A DNA stretch of 64,000 nt from an uncultured Gemmatimonadales bacterium (GTDB lineage Bacteria > Gemmatimonadota > Gemmatimonadetes > Gemmatimonadales > GWC2-71-9), in the NCBI GenBank assembly GCA_963695555.1, contig CAVOGR010000002.1:128001-192000 (forward strand), written 5' to 3'. Under the pieces are notes generated by a model. The model had not been told where the DNA came from. It did no database searches and worked only from the letters and a program-made list of their open reading frames with translations. Below, piece by piece: positions 18,980 through 28,426 of the stretch. The position numbers were made by a program, and so were the translations under genes. How positions within the stretch are numbered: the stretch's first letter is position 1; the number at the start of each line of letters is the position of its first letter.

Positions 18980-20332
18980 ATGCCCGACGCAGTGACGCAG
19001 GAAGTGCACCGCTTCATGCAAGACGTGAAGCGACGTAACCCTCATGAACGTGAGTTTCACCAAGCCGTATTGGAGGTGGTCGAGAGCGTCATCCCCTTCA
19101 TACTCGAGCATCCCAAGTACAGAGATGCGTGCATCCTGGAGCGGATGACCGAACCCGATCGGATCATCATTTTCCGCGTGACGTGGGAGGACGACCAGGG
19201 CGGGGTACATGCCAACCGAGCGTGGCGGGTACAATTCAATAACGCGATCGGTCCCTATAAGGGCGGCATGCGTTTTCACCCGTCTGTCACCCTCAGCGTG
19301 CTCAAGTTCTTGGGCTTTGAACAGACCTTCAAAAACAGCCTCACGGGACTTCCCATGGGCGGCGGTAAGGGGGGGTCCAACTTCGACCCAAAGGGAAAAT
19401 CCGATCGCGAAGTGATGCGCTTCTGCCAATCGCTCATGATCGAACTGCACCGCCACATCGGGGACAATATCGACGTTCCGGCTGGAGACATTGGTGTCGG
19501 CGGGCGAGAAGTCAGCTACATGTTCGGTCAATACAAGCGCATGAAGAATGTTTGGGGCGGCATTCTCACCGGCAAAGGCCTGAGCTATGGCGGCAGCCTG
19601 ATTCGTAAGGAGGCCACAGGCTACGGTGCCGTGTACTTCATGGAAGACATGTTAGCCAGCCGCGGAGATGGGCTGAAGAACAAGCGGTGCGTGGTGTCCG
19701 GATCGGGTAATGTGGCGCTTTACACGATCGAGAAGCTGAATATGCTCGGGGCGAAGGCGGTTGCAGCATCGGACTCGAGCGGGTTCATCTACGACCCCGA
19801 CGGCATCGGTCCCGAAAAGCTGGAATGGCTCAAGGACCTGAAGGAAGTGCGCCGCGGGCGGCTCGTGGAATACGCCGACCGCTTTAAGTGTGAATACCAT
19901 GAAGACAAGCGACCTTGGTCAGTGCCGTGCGACCTGGCATTCCCTTCCGCGTCCCAGAACGAGATTTCGCTCGACGATGCGCACCAGTTGGTTGAGAACG
20001 GAGTCATTGGTGTCGCGGAAGGCGCCAACATGCCCACGACCATCGAAGGTGTCCGAACCTTTCTGGACGCCAAGATTCTCTACGGTCCGGGCAAGGCGGC
20101 CAACGCCGGCGGTGTCGCAGTCTCGGGGCTGGAACAGAGTCAGAATGCGCTGCGCATCAGCTGGTCGCAGGAAGAGGTCGACCAACGGCTGCGGCACATC
20201 ATGCGCAACATTCATCGCCGCTGCGTGGAGTGCGGCACTGAGAGCGACGGCTACGTCAACTACGTGAAGGGTGCTAACTTGGCCGGATTCGTCAAAGTAG
20301 CGGATGCGATGTTGGCGCAGGGCTTGATCTGA
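18980..20332 (+). CDS. gdhA: NADP-specific glutamate dehydrogenase
   Basis: GPYKGGMRFHP, GGGKGG, DVPAGDIGVG, GSGNVA, EGANMP, KAANAGGV. Confidence 0.96.
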   Translation: MPDAVTQEVHRFMQDVKRRNPHEREFHQAVLEVVESVIPFILEHPKYRDACILERMTEPDRIIIFRVTWEDDQGGVHANRAWRVQFNNAIGPYKGGMRFHPSVTLSVLKFLGFEQTFKNSLTGLPMGGGKGGSNFDPKGKSDREVMRFCQSLMIELHRHIGDNIDVPAGDIGVGGREVSYMFGQYKRMKNVWGGILTGKGLSYGGSLIRKEATGYGAVYFMEDMLASRGDGLKNKRCVVSGSGNVALYTIEKLNMLGAKAVAASDSSGFIYDPDGIGPEKLEWLKDLKEVRRGRLVEYADRFKCEYHEDKRPWSVPCDLAFPSASQNEISLDDAHQLVENGVIGVAEGANMPTTIEGVRTFLDAKILYGPGKAANAGGVAVSGLEQSQNALRISWSQEEVDQRLRHIMRNIHRRCVECGTESDGYVNYVKGANLAGFVKVADAMLAQGLI

Positions 20333-20348
20333 TCTCGACGGTGGCGCC

Positions 20349-20930
20349 CTAGTCTCGCAGAAGCGTGAGCAACGGGGTCACGATGCGTTCGGTCATGCCC
20401 CAGACCACCCGCGGCCCCAGCCGATAGGCGGGATAGGACCGTCGGGTGCCGCCGACTCCAACCATCAGCGCGTGATAGGCTTCGGGCCCAAGGAGAGTCT
20501 CCACCGGCGCCCAGATCGCCTCCGCCGCCTCCTCACTCAACGCCAGTCTAGGCTTTCGGTCCAGCGCAAAGACAAACGGGCGCACCATGATCGGCGGGAG
20601 GTGGGTCCGCCGCGGGGCGACATCGTCCAGGGTGCCCAAAAACTGGTCCGGCTGCAGCACAACCCCGACTTCCTCCATGGTCTCCCGCACGGCAGTCGCG
20701 AACAGATCGGAGTCGCTCGCATCACTGCGGCCGCCGGGGAACGAGACATGTCCCGACCACGGATCGTCCGCTCGCTCGGCCCGCTCGATGAAGAGTATCG
20801 CATCCGGGTCGGGGGCGAACACCACGGCCACCGCAGCCTGGATCAATGTGTCGTCATCTTCGGTTTGGGGGTTCCGCGAGGTGAGGCGCTTTCGGAGACG
20901 AGCCTGGAGCGGGGTCAGTTCAAGCCGCAT
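20349..20930 (-). CDS. CoA pyrophosphatase (Nudix hydrolase)
   Basis: WSGHVSFPGG...TAVRETMEEVG Nudix box; VWGMT. Confidence 0.88.
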   Translation of the reverse strand: MRLELTPLQARLRKRLTSRNPQTEDDDTLIQAAVAVVFAPDPDAILFIERAERADDPWSGHVSFPGGRSDASDSDLFATAVRETMEEVGVVLQPDQFLGTLDDVAPRRTHLPPIMVRPFVFALDRKPRLALSEEAAEAIWAPVETLLGPEAYHALMVGVGGTRRSYPAYRLGPRVVWGMTERIVTPLLTLLRD

Positions 20931-21136
20931 CCACCACCACAGCACCCGCCGGCCGGGGAATCCGGCATCTCGCAGGACGGAGCGGCCGAGCTGCCTTTCG
21001 CCAATGCCGCCGGCACGGATAGCCGTCGTTGGACCCGGGAACTGGCGCATCGCGGACAGGCGACGGCGGTATCGGATCGGACGAGGAGCTCGAACAGCTC
21101 TCCGCAGGCCGGGCAGTCATACTCGTAGATCGGCAT
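20915..21136 (-). CDS. FmdB-family zinc ribbon protein
   Basis: MPIYEYDCPACGELFE...CPRC; Cys/Gly-rich tail. Confidence 0.9.
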   Translation of the reverse strand: MPIYEYDCPACGELFELLVRSDTAVACPRCASSRVQRRLSVPAALAKGSSAAPSCEMPDSPAGGCCGGGCGLN

Positions 21137-21196
21137 GGGTGGACGTTCGTCAGCCTCGGCGCGACAGTCAAGGGCCGTTCGATTGACCGGGAGTCT

Positions 21197-22036
21197 TTAC
21201 CTGAGATGCCGCCCCATCCACGCCACCGTGGCATCGATGGCCCGCTCCAGCTCCGGCGTCGACCCTTGGTAGGGATGCACAGCGCCGAAGGTGTGGCCGC
21301 CGCCCTCGATACGAAGCAGCTGCGCGTCGCCTTTTCGGTTCACCTTGAGCAACGTGTCCGCCTCGTGGGGAGCGACCGTCTCGTCCGCTCCGCCATGGAC
21401 GATGAGCCACGGGATGAGGATGCGGCCGGCGGCCGCTGGAATGTCGAGGCTCCCGGAGGCATTGGCCTCAATGTCATCGAGCGCGTCGCAGTAGAGCGGC
21501 AATATCTGCCCCGTTCGACTGTTGACGATCTCGAGCGCACCATCGGTACGCCATCGCTCGATGACTTCCGGCGACCATCGCGACACCGTACTCACCGCCG
21601 ACCAGGTTACCAGCGCTCGCACGCGGGCATCGTAGGCGGCGTGGAGCACCGCGACCCCTCCGCCGCGCGAGTGCCCGACGATCCCAATGCTGGTTGGAGC
21701 CGGCACGCCGAGGCCACCCTCACTCAGCGCCACCACCACGGCATCGAGATCATGCAGGTCGCCGCTGAAAGTCGCGTGGCCGAATCGGTCGGGATACGAG
21801 AAATTCCCCGTATCATCGACGCCACTCCCGCTCATATTGAACGACACCGCCGTCATTCCCGCCTTGGCCACGCGATCGGCGAGGACCGGGAACATCCCCC
21901 AATCCTTGAAACCCTTGAATCCGTGCAACACCAGGACCGCGGGGCGCGGGACGCCCCGACTCCCCGACCGGACGTCGATCAGGATCGGCCCGAGGGTGCC
22001 AGGAATGATGTGCGTGGTGAGGGTCGGCGTGGACAT
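21197..22036 (-). CDS. Alpha/beta hydrolase
   Basis: HGFKGFKDWG, GHSRGG nucleophile, HGGADETV, GGHTF. Confidence 0.9.
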   Translation of the reverse strand: MSTPTLTTHIIPGTLGPILIDVRSGSRGVPRPAVLVLHGFKGFKDWGMFPVLADRVAKAGMTAVSFNMSGSGVDDTGNFSYPDRFGHATFSGDLHDLDAVVVALSEGGLGVPAPTSIGIVGHSRGGGVAVLHAAYDARVRALVTWSAVSTVSRWSPEVIERWRTDGALEIVNSRTGQILPLYCDALDDIEANASGSLDIPAAAGRILIPWLIVHGGADETVAPHEADTLLKVNRKGDAQLLRIEGGGHTFGAVHPYQGSTPELERAIDATVAWMGRHLR

Positions 22037-22085
22037 GTTGATGGGATGTGGGTAATGACTCTGGATTGGTTAATGGATTGCAGGG

Positions 22086-22153
22086 AGGTAGGAATGTAGG
22101 TCCTATTCCTACAACCTACCACCTACTTCCCTACTACCTCTCACCTACCTCAC
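22086..22153. repeat. Intergenic heptamer (CCTACNN) tandem repeat with inverted arm
   Basis: cctacaa cctacca cctactt c cctacta cctctca cctacct, preceded by the complementary aggtaggaatgtagg. Confidence 0.7.
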
Positions 22154-23116
22154 TCACTTCACCCCCGCCTCCAGCAACTGGAGTTCCCCACCGTCGGCGT
22201 CCAGTCGAGCGCGCACACCGAGCGGGAGGGTCCATTGATCATCTACATGGCCGATTGGAAAGCCGTATGCCACCGGGATCCCGAGCGGCCCGAAGTACGT
22301 TTCCAGGATTTCATGGAACCCCAAGGCGCCGTCGGAGGTGGCTTTCTTCATTTCGGTAAACTGCCCCACAGCCACTCCCGCCAAGTGATCGAAGGCACCA
22401 ATCGTGCGGAGTTGGGCCAGCACGCGATCCACCCGGTACAGATCCTCTCCAACATCCTCGATGAACAGAATGGCGCCGTCGAGGTCGGGAAAGTAGGGAG
22501 TCCCAATCAGACACTGGAGCAGCGTCAGGTTCCCACCGGCAAGCACCCCCTCGGCGACTCCCGGCTCGAGGGTTGCAATCCTGCCCTTACGGGCGCCGAG
22601 CACATAGCTCGGTGACCCGATCCGCCCCAGCCGGCCGGCGGGGGCCGTCCGGCGCACAGCCCGCTCGAGATGCTCGCGGCTGAACCCGGTCAATTCAGCT
22701 CGAGCCACGGGCCCGTGGAAAGTTACGACCCCGGTGATCCGGGTCACCGCGTTCAACAGTGCGGTGATGTCAGAATAGCCAATCAGCACTTTAGGGGTTC
22801 GCGCGAAGGCATCGTAGTCCACTCCGGGAAGGATGCGGGTCGTGCCATAGCCTCCGCGCAGGCACCAGATCCCGGCGATGTCGGGATCGCGAATGGCCGC
22901 ATTGAGGTCAGCCAACCGTTCTTCGTCACTACCGCCCAGGTAGCCGTAACGCCGTTCGGCATTGACGCCGATGGCGGGTTCGAATCCGAGTCCACGGCAA
23001 ATCTCGGCGGCGCACCGGAGGTCGTCGTGCTCGAGCAGAGCCCCGGCCGGTGCCACCAAGCCAATTCGGCTCCCGGGCTCCAGCGCCTGGGGGCGTTCGA
23101 TTGGTTTTGACCGCAC
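22154..23116 (-). CDS. LD-carboxypeptidase (peptidase S66)
   Basis: RGGYG, GYSDIT, GGNL, FIEDVGE, PIGH (S-E-H triad). Confidence 0.92.
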   Translation of the reverse strand: MRSKPIERPQALEPGSRIGLVAPAGALLEHDDLRCAAEICRGLGFEPAIGVNAERRYGYLGGSDEERLADLNAAIRDPDIAGIWCLRGGYGTTRILPGVDYDAFARTPKVLIGYSDITALLNAVTRITGVVTFHGPVARAELTGFSREHLERAVRRTAPAGRLGRIGSPSYVLGARKGRIATLEPGVAEGVLAGGNLTLLQCLIGTPYFPDLDGAILFIEDVGEDLYRVDRVLAQLRTIGAFDHLAGVAVGQFTEMKKATSDGALGFHEILETYFGPLGIPVAYGFPIGHVDDQWTLPLGVRARLDADGGELQLLEAGVK

Positions 23117-23169
23117 TCGCCCTCCTGACTAAGTTTCCTGCGCTCAACCTTCAGCCTGGAGCATCGCGC

Positions 23170-23727
23170 TTGCGCGTTTTCCACCCCACATTACTGGAGG
23201 CGGGTCGGGCCATTGCCGACCTGCGGGACACGCTGGTGCGGGAATGGGCCGACTGGCTCGGCGACCGCATGACCACTTCTACCACAATACCCCGTTCGTT
23301 GGTTGAGCGGGAGCTTCGCTTGATTATCGATGTCCTGGTCCAACTGGTCGGCCCATACCGGCGTGAGACCACCCCGGTCTGGGAACGCCTGTGTGAGCAC
23401 TACGGCCAGACGGCCGCGGCCCGTGGGCTGGCCGCGGGCGAAGTGGTCGAAGAGCTCCAGTATCTGCGCGAACTCTTGACTCGGAATCTGGCCCCAATGG
23501 TCGCCGCCATGCGGGCCCGCCATGGGATGGCCATGCTACTCCACCTCAACCGCATGCTGGACCGGGGCGTGGCCGCCGCGGTGGTCGGATACACCAATGC
23601 GCTGGTGGCCACCCTATTCAGCCAGAACGGTGTGCCTGCTTCCGATGCCGAATTCGACGCGGCCGACGTCGAACGCCGGCTCAAGACCATTGAGGAGAAG
23701 CTCGTCTCAGTTACCGGACTCAGCTGA
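23170..23727 (+). CDS. Hypothetical all-helical protein (RsbRD N-terminal-like)
   Basis: GGAG plus TTG start; LVREW...YGQTAAARGLAAGEVVEELQYLRE. Confidence 0.6.
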   Translation: MRVFHPTLLEAGRAIADLRDTLVREWADWLGDRMTTSTTIPRSLVERELRLIIDVLVQLVGPYRRETTPVWERLCEHYGQTAAARGLAAGEVVEELQYLRELLTRNLAPMVAAMRARHGMAMLLHLNRMLDRGVAAAVVGYTNALVATLFSQNGVPASDAEFDAADVERRLKTIEEKLVSVTGLS

Positions 23728-23747
23728 CCTGCCTCCTCGTTCCCGAC

Positions 23748-24899
23748 ATGCTTCCCGTTGATCTGATTCCAGCCCTGCCTTGGCTGGCGCCCTTTGGCTT
23801 GCTGCCACGACTGTCATCGCGCACTCCCAGCCTGGCCGATGCGCCGACGATGCACGCCGGTCTTGTCAGCGTAATCATTCCCGCACGAAATGAAGCCGAG
23901 AATATCGAGACGGCAGTGCGGTCGATTCTGGCGACGACCTATGAGCCGATGGAGCTGCTCGTTGTTGATGATCGCTCGACCGATACCACCCCAACTATCG
24001 TGCAGGCGCTCGCGGCGGAGGACCCGCGCGTGCGATTGATCCCTGGCGCGCCTCTCCCGCCCGGGTGGTATGGGAAACCCTGGGCCTGTGTCCAGGGATA
24101 TCGCGCCGCCACAGGCGAATACTTGGTCTTCACCGATGCCGACACCCGGCATGCTCCCGCACTCCTGGCACATGCGATCGGAGCGTCACGTCACGAAGGG
24201 GCCGACCTGGTGACCGTCGCGCCTCGGCAGCTGTGCCTCACATTCTGGGAGCGTCTGATCATGCCCCAGGTGTGGGCGCTCTTGAGTTATCGCTACCACC
24301 CCAAGATCGTCAACGCTGCCCGGACCGCGCGCGACGTGATCGCCAACGGTCAGTTCATTCTCGTTACCAGAACAAGCTACGACGCCATCGGCACCCACGA
24401 GAGCGTGCGCGGCGAAGTGGCCGAAGACCTTGGCCTTGCCCAACGATACTTCGCGTCGGGGCGGCGCATGTACTTCGCCTTTGCAGAGTCGCTCATGGCC
24501 ACACGCATGTATCGTGATCTCCCGGGCCTGGTTGAAGGCTGGTCCAAGAACATGTTCCTCGGAGCTCAGCAATCCTATCCCAACGAACCCTTGCTGCGAC
24601 TTGTCATGCCGGCGGCACTCGCCCTCGCCATGATGTTCTGGGTAGTGCCGCCTGGCATCGTGGTGCTTGCCGCCTGTGGCATTCAGGTCGGCCTGTTCAA
24701 TGCTGCGGTCCTCGCCACGATGGCGTCGTTGGTCTTTTGGGGCATGGTGAGTTTCGGCATGGGCATTCCTCCGGCCTATGCGTTGGGCTACCCGCTCGGC
24801 GCGGGCACGACGCTCGCCATCTATCTTCGCTCGGTCTGGCGAGGACGGCGGGTGACATGGCGCGGGCGGGAGTATGGAGGTACCGGCGACACGGGGTGA
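23748..24899 (+). CDS. GT2 glycosyltransferase (CrtQ-like subfamily)
   Basis: IIPARNE, DDRSTD, GWYGKPWA, FTDAD, EDL, RMY; C-terminal TM helices. Confidence 0.85.
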   Translation: MLPVDLIPALPWLAPFGLLPRLSSRTPSLADAPTMHAGLVSVIIPARNEAENIETAVRSILATTYEPMELLVVDDRSTDTTPTIVQALAAEDPRVRLIPGAPLPPGWYGKPWACVQGYRAATGEYLVFTDADTRHAPALLAHAIGASRHEGADLVTVAPRQLCLTFWERLIMPQVWALLSYRYHPKIVNAARTARDVIANGQFILVTRTSYDAIGTHESVRGEVAEDLGLAQRYFASGRRMYFAFAESLMATRMYRDLPGLVEGWSKNMFLGAQQSYPNEPLLRLVMPAALALAMMFWVVPPGIVVLAACGIQVGLFNAAVLATMASLVFWGMVSFGMGIPPAYALGYPLGAGTTLAIYLRSVWRGRRVTWRGREYGGTGDTG

Positions 24900-25001
24900 C
24901 GGGGTGGGAGCCCACCCGGGATTGCTGGAACGGATTGTTGCCAACAGATTGACCAACGACGCACGCGAGGCCCACCGACCCCTGACTCAGGACTTCCGTC
25001 G

Positions 25002-25253
25002 ATGAAACTCACTCTTACACAGGATATGCTCGACGCGCTCGACCGGGCGGGCGACAAACCCGATTGGCTGATCGCAGAGATCAGCCGCATGCGAGCCGAT
25101 GGTGGGCCGTTTGAGTTGCTTCTGGGGCCTGAGCAAAGCACAGCTCTCGAGGAACTCTGCACCATGAACATTCGCTTCGACGCGACCGGCGCGGTTCGAG
25201 CTGAACATCAGTCCCTGGAGGATCTCTCCAATCTGGTGATGGACAACTACTAG
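25002..25253 (+). CDS. Small acidic hypothetical protein
   Basis: 83-aa ORF with AGGA upstream, fills an intergenic gap. Confidence 0.6.
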   Translation: MKLTLTQDMLDALDRAGDKPDWLIAEISRMRADGGPFELLLGPEQSTALEELCTMNIRFDATGAVRAEHQSLEDLSNLVMDNY

Positions 25254-25369
25254 GCGCGAGCCTGTGGAACGGTGATCTCGGGGCTCGGGCGTGTGCCCGA
25301 GGGGATTTGCTCCACTCGATCGTCATCTGATACCTGTCTCTGCCCGTCGCCACAGTACCGTGTGCCACC

Positions 25370-28300
25370 ATGGCACATGGTGCGCCGGTCCGTCTCGAGC
25401 AAGCCCTCGACTGCATCCAGACTCTTCCTCACCTCCAACGGCTCGTCCACTGGTTGGGCTACGAGGTCGCCTGGGAGGAGATTCCCCCGAGTGCATGGCT
25501 TAGGCGCAATCGGTGGAGTCGGTCCATCCGTCGGGCCGCGGTGGTGGGTCGGCAGGGTGGCTTCATCTGGTATGCTGTTGACACGGACGACCCCGCTTCG
25601 CTGGCACGCAGGGTCGCCGGGCAGCTGGGCCGGCGTGGTGAGCATGCGGGCGTCCTGGCCCTCGATCCCACCCGCCGGCAGCTTGCCATCTCGGTTTCGT
25701 TCGGTCCATACCCTGTCCTTCCACTGGAACTCGCCGCACCGAGCCGTCTTGCGCTCCACTGCCTGGAGCGGGTGTCCGCGGCCGGACCCGGGGAAGCCAT
25801 AGCCGCAGCCGCACGGCTGGCCGAAGCACTGGATGCTGCCGAGCCAGGCACGCGGTTCATCCGTCGATTTCGCGGACTCTTCACCGCTTTTGCGGCACAC
25901 CTTCCGGAAGCAATCCCACCGCGTGACAGGCAGCGGCTCGCATTACTTCAACTCACCCGCGTGCTCTTTCTCTACTTCGTTCAGAATAGAGGCTGGTTGA
26001 ACGGGGACGGAGATTTCTTGCGTCGGGGTGTGGATCGGTGCCTGACCGATGGTTCCGATCTCCACCGCACATTCTTCGGGCCACTCTTCTTCGGAACCTT
26101 GAACCAACCCTATACGCGCCGGACTGTTGCCTCGCGACGCTTCGGGAACATTCCATTCTTGAATGGCGGCCTCTTCGAGCCGCATTGGCTCGAGCGGCGC
26201 TATAAGCCGCACATCTCGAACGAGCTCTGGAGCATGGCGTTCGATGACCTCTTTGAACGCTTTCATTTTACCGCGCGCGAGCGTAGCGAAGGCCATGCCA
26301 TCGCACCGGACATGTTGGGCCGCGTGTTCGAAGGAATGATGGATGCCGAGGAACGGAAGAAGACCGGCACCTACTACACACCAAGCGCGTTGGTGCGTGA
26401 ACTCCTTGAAGCAGCGATTGGTGCCTTCCTTACTGCAAAATACGGCCTAGCCGCCGACGTGCTTGCAAGCCGCATTCACAAGCGCGACCCGAGCTTGGCA
26501 GCCATGACTCGCACGCTCACCATTCTCGACCCTGCTGTCGGCTCGGGAGCGTTTCTCCTCGGCGCCTTGGAGTGGCTTGCCGACGTGCTCCGTGATGATG
26601 GCACGACTGCGGTGGTCCGCCGCCGGATCCTGGCGCAGAACATCTTCGGGGTCGACACCAGCACCATTGCTGTCACGCTGACAGAGTTGCGCTTGTGGTT
26701 AGCCGTGTTGGCCGAGGAACAAGACGGCGCACCTGAGGCCGTTGAGCCGCTGCCAAATCTCGATTGCCTGATCCGGCAGGGAGACAGCCTGAGCGATCCG
26801 TTTCAGAGCCTTCACAGTCTGTCTCCCCGCACCGTTGCCGGAGGTCGTCTCCTGGGTGAAATCCGGAGGCGATTCGTGCATGCGACAGGGCCGGGCAAGT
26901 CGAAGCAGGCTCGACTCCTCAAACGGGCTGAGAGTCGGGCGCTGCGCCTCTGGCTCGACGAAACCGAAGCACAACTCGACCGGCAGCTCGCTGAGTGTAT
27001 CGCTACCGGAAAGAGCAATACCCTCTTCGGCCATCGTCAAGGACTGGATGCCCCACTCCAAGCTCACGTACGCGCGGTGCGCGCCCAGTGGCACTGCGTG
27101 CGCCAAGCCCGGCGGCGGCTCGAGCGGGATCGAGCGCTGCCGTGGTTCCACTACGAAAGCCATTTCGCGGACATTTTCGCCACTGGGGGCGGGTTTGACC
27201 TCGTTATCGGAAACCCACCGTGGATTCGCGCGGAGTTTCTGCCCAGCCACGTGCGGCAGCAGTTGCGCCGCCGCTTTCGATGGTGGAGCGGCGGGAGCGG
27301 AAAGGGGTTCCGCCATCAGCCCGATCTTGCCCTGGCCTTTCTGGAGCGTGGCCTCGAGCTTGCCCATCGAGACGGGTCGGTCGCTTTCTTGCTACCGGCA
27401 AAACTCGCGACGGCGGCATACGCGAAGAAGGCACGCCGGATGCTCGCCCGGGAAACGACCCTCCATGCGGTCGCGGACCTCACACCCACACATGCACGGA
27501 GCTTCGATGCGACGACCTATCCGCTGGCGATCGTCACCACGAAAGGCCGGCCGTCGCAGAGCCACACCGTACGATCGACGCTGGCGGTGTCCGAAGCGAT
27601 CCGAGTACCGCAACATGAGCTCCGGGCAGCCGAAACCTGGATTATCAAAGGCGATAGCGTGCAGCGTGCCATGGCCGAACTCGCCGGCCACCCCACCATC
27701 GGTGAGCGCCTCGTATGCCATCTCGGCGTGAAGACAGGGGCTAACGCAGTCTTCATGAATCCCGACGCCGACGTCGAGCCTTACCTCTTACGCCCTGCGC
27801 TGCGTGGGCGGGATATCACAGCGTGGTCGGCGGAGGCCAGGATCAGCATCATCTGGACCCATGACGCGAATGGGTCGCCTCGGACGGCGTTGCCACCATT
27901 AGCGGACAGCTATTTCAGGCGGTACGCCGCACGGCTTCGCGCCAGAGCCGATTTTCGGACTGGGCCGCCGTGGCAATTGTTCAGGGTCGGTCCCTCCCTC
28001 GCCGAATACAAGGTGGTCTGGGCCGACATCGCCCGCCGGCTCGAGGCGGTTCCGCTGACCCCTACGACTCATCGAGCGGTTGTCCCGCTGAATACGTGCT
28101 ACCTCATCCCAACGAAGAGTGCGGAGGGCGCGCGCGCGTTGGCGGCATGGCTCAACTCGACCTGGATCCGTGGGGCTGCCGCCGTTCGAGCCGATCCCGC
28201 ACGCGGTGGCTTCGCCCGGTTCAACGCCCGCGTCGTCTCGTCGCTCCCCTTACCTCCGGCCGCTCTGAACGACCACCAGCTCGCCCAACTCGGCGACATC

Positions 28301-28426
28301 GCTCGAGCCGACCCCGGAGCACAGGCCTCGGTGGACGAGCGTGCGGCCCATTACCTCGGTCTTTCTCCAACCGCGTGCGAGGCACTGCATGGTGTGGTCG
28401 AACGTGCCACCCACGATCGTTGCTGA
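25370..28426 (+). CDS. N6-adenine DNA methyltransferase (Eco57I/type IIG-like, gamma motif order)
   Basis: FLYFVQNRGWL, IPFLNGGLFE, GTYYTP, motif I LDPAVGSGAF, motif IV IGNPPW, TaqI-like C-terminal TRD. Confidence 0.9.
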   Translation: MAHGAPVRLEQALDCIQTLPHLQRLVHWLGYEVAWEEIPPSAWLRRNRWSRSIRRAAVVGRQGGFIWYAVDTDDPASLARRVAGQLGRRGEHAGVLALDPTRRQLAISVSFGPYPVLPLELAAPSRLALHCLERVSAAGPGEAIAAAARLAEALDAAEPGTRFIRRFRGLFTAFAAHLPEAIPPRDRQRLALLQLTRVLFLYFVQNRGWLNGDGDFLRRGVDRCLTDGSDLHRTFFGPLFFGTLNQPYTRRTVASRRFGNIPFLNGGLFEPHWLERRYKPHISNELWSMAFDDLFERFHFTARERSEGHAIAPDMLGRVFEGMMDAEERKKTGTYYTPSALVRELLEAAIGAFLTAKYGLAADVLASRIHKRDPSLAAMTRTLTILDPAVGSGAFLLGALEWLADVLRDDGTTAVVRRRILAQNIFGVDTSTIAVTLTELRLWLAVLAEEQDGAPEAVEPLPNLDCLIRQGDSLSDPFQSLHSLSPRTVAGGRLLGEIRRRFVHATGPGKSKQARLLKRAESRALRLWLDETEAQLDRQLAECIATGKSNTLFGHRQGLDAPLQAHVRAVRAQWHCVRQARRRLERDRALPWFHYESHFADIFATGGGFDLVIGNPPWIRAEFLPSHVRQQLRRRFRWWSGGSGKGFRHQPDLALAFLERGLELAHRDGSVAFLLPAKLATAAYAKKARRMLARETTLHAVADLTPTHARSFDATTYPLAIVTTKGRPSQSHTVRSTLAVSEAIRVPQHELRAAETWIIKGDSVQRAMAELAGHPTIGERLVCHLGVKTGANAVFMNPDADVEPYLLRPALRGRDITAWSAEARISIIWTHDANGSPRTALPPLADSYFRRYAARLRARADFRTGPPWQLFRVGPSLAEYKVVWADIARRLEAVPLTPTTHRAVVPLNTCYLIPTKSAEGARALAAWLNSTWIRGAAAVRADPARGGFARFNARVVSSLPLPPAALNDHQLAQLGDIARADPGAQASVDERAAHYLGLSPTACEALHGVVERATHDRC

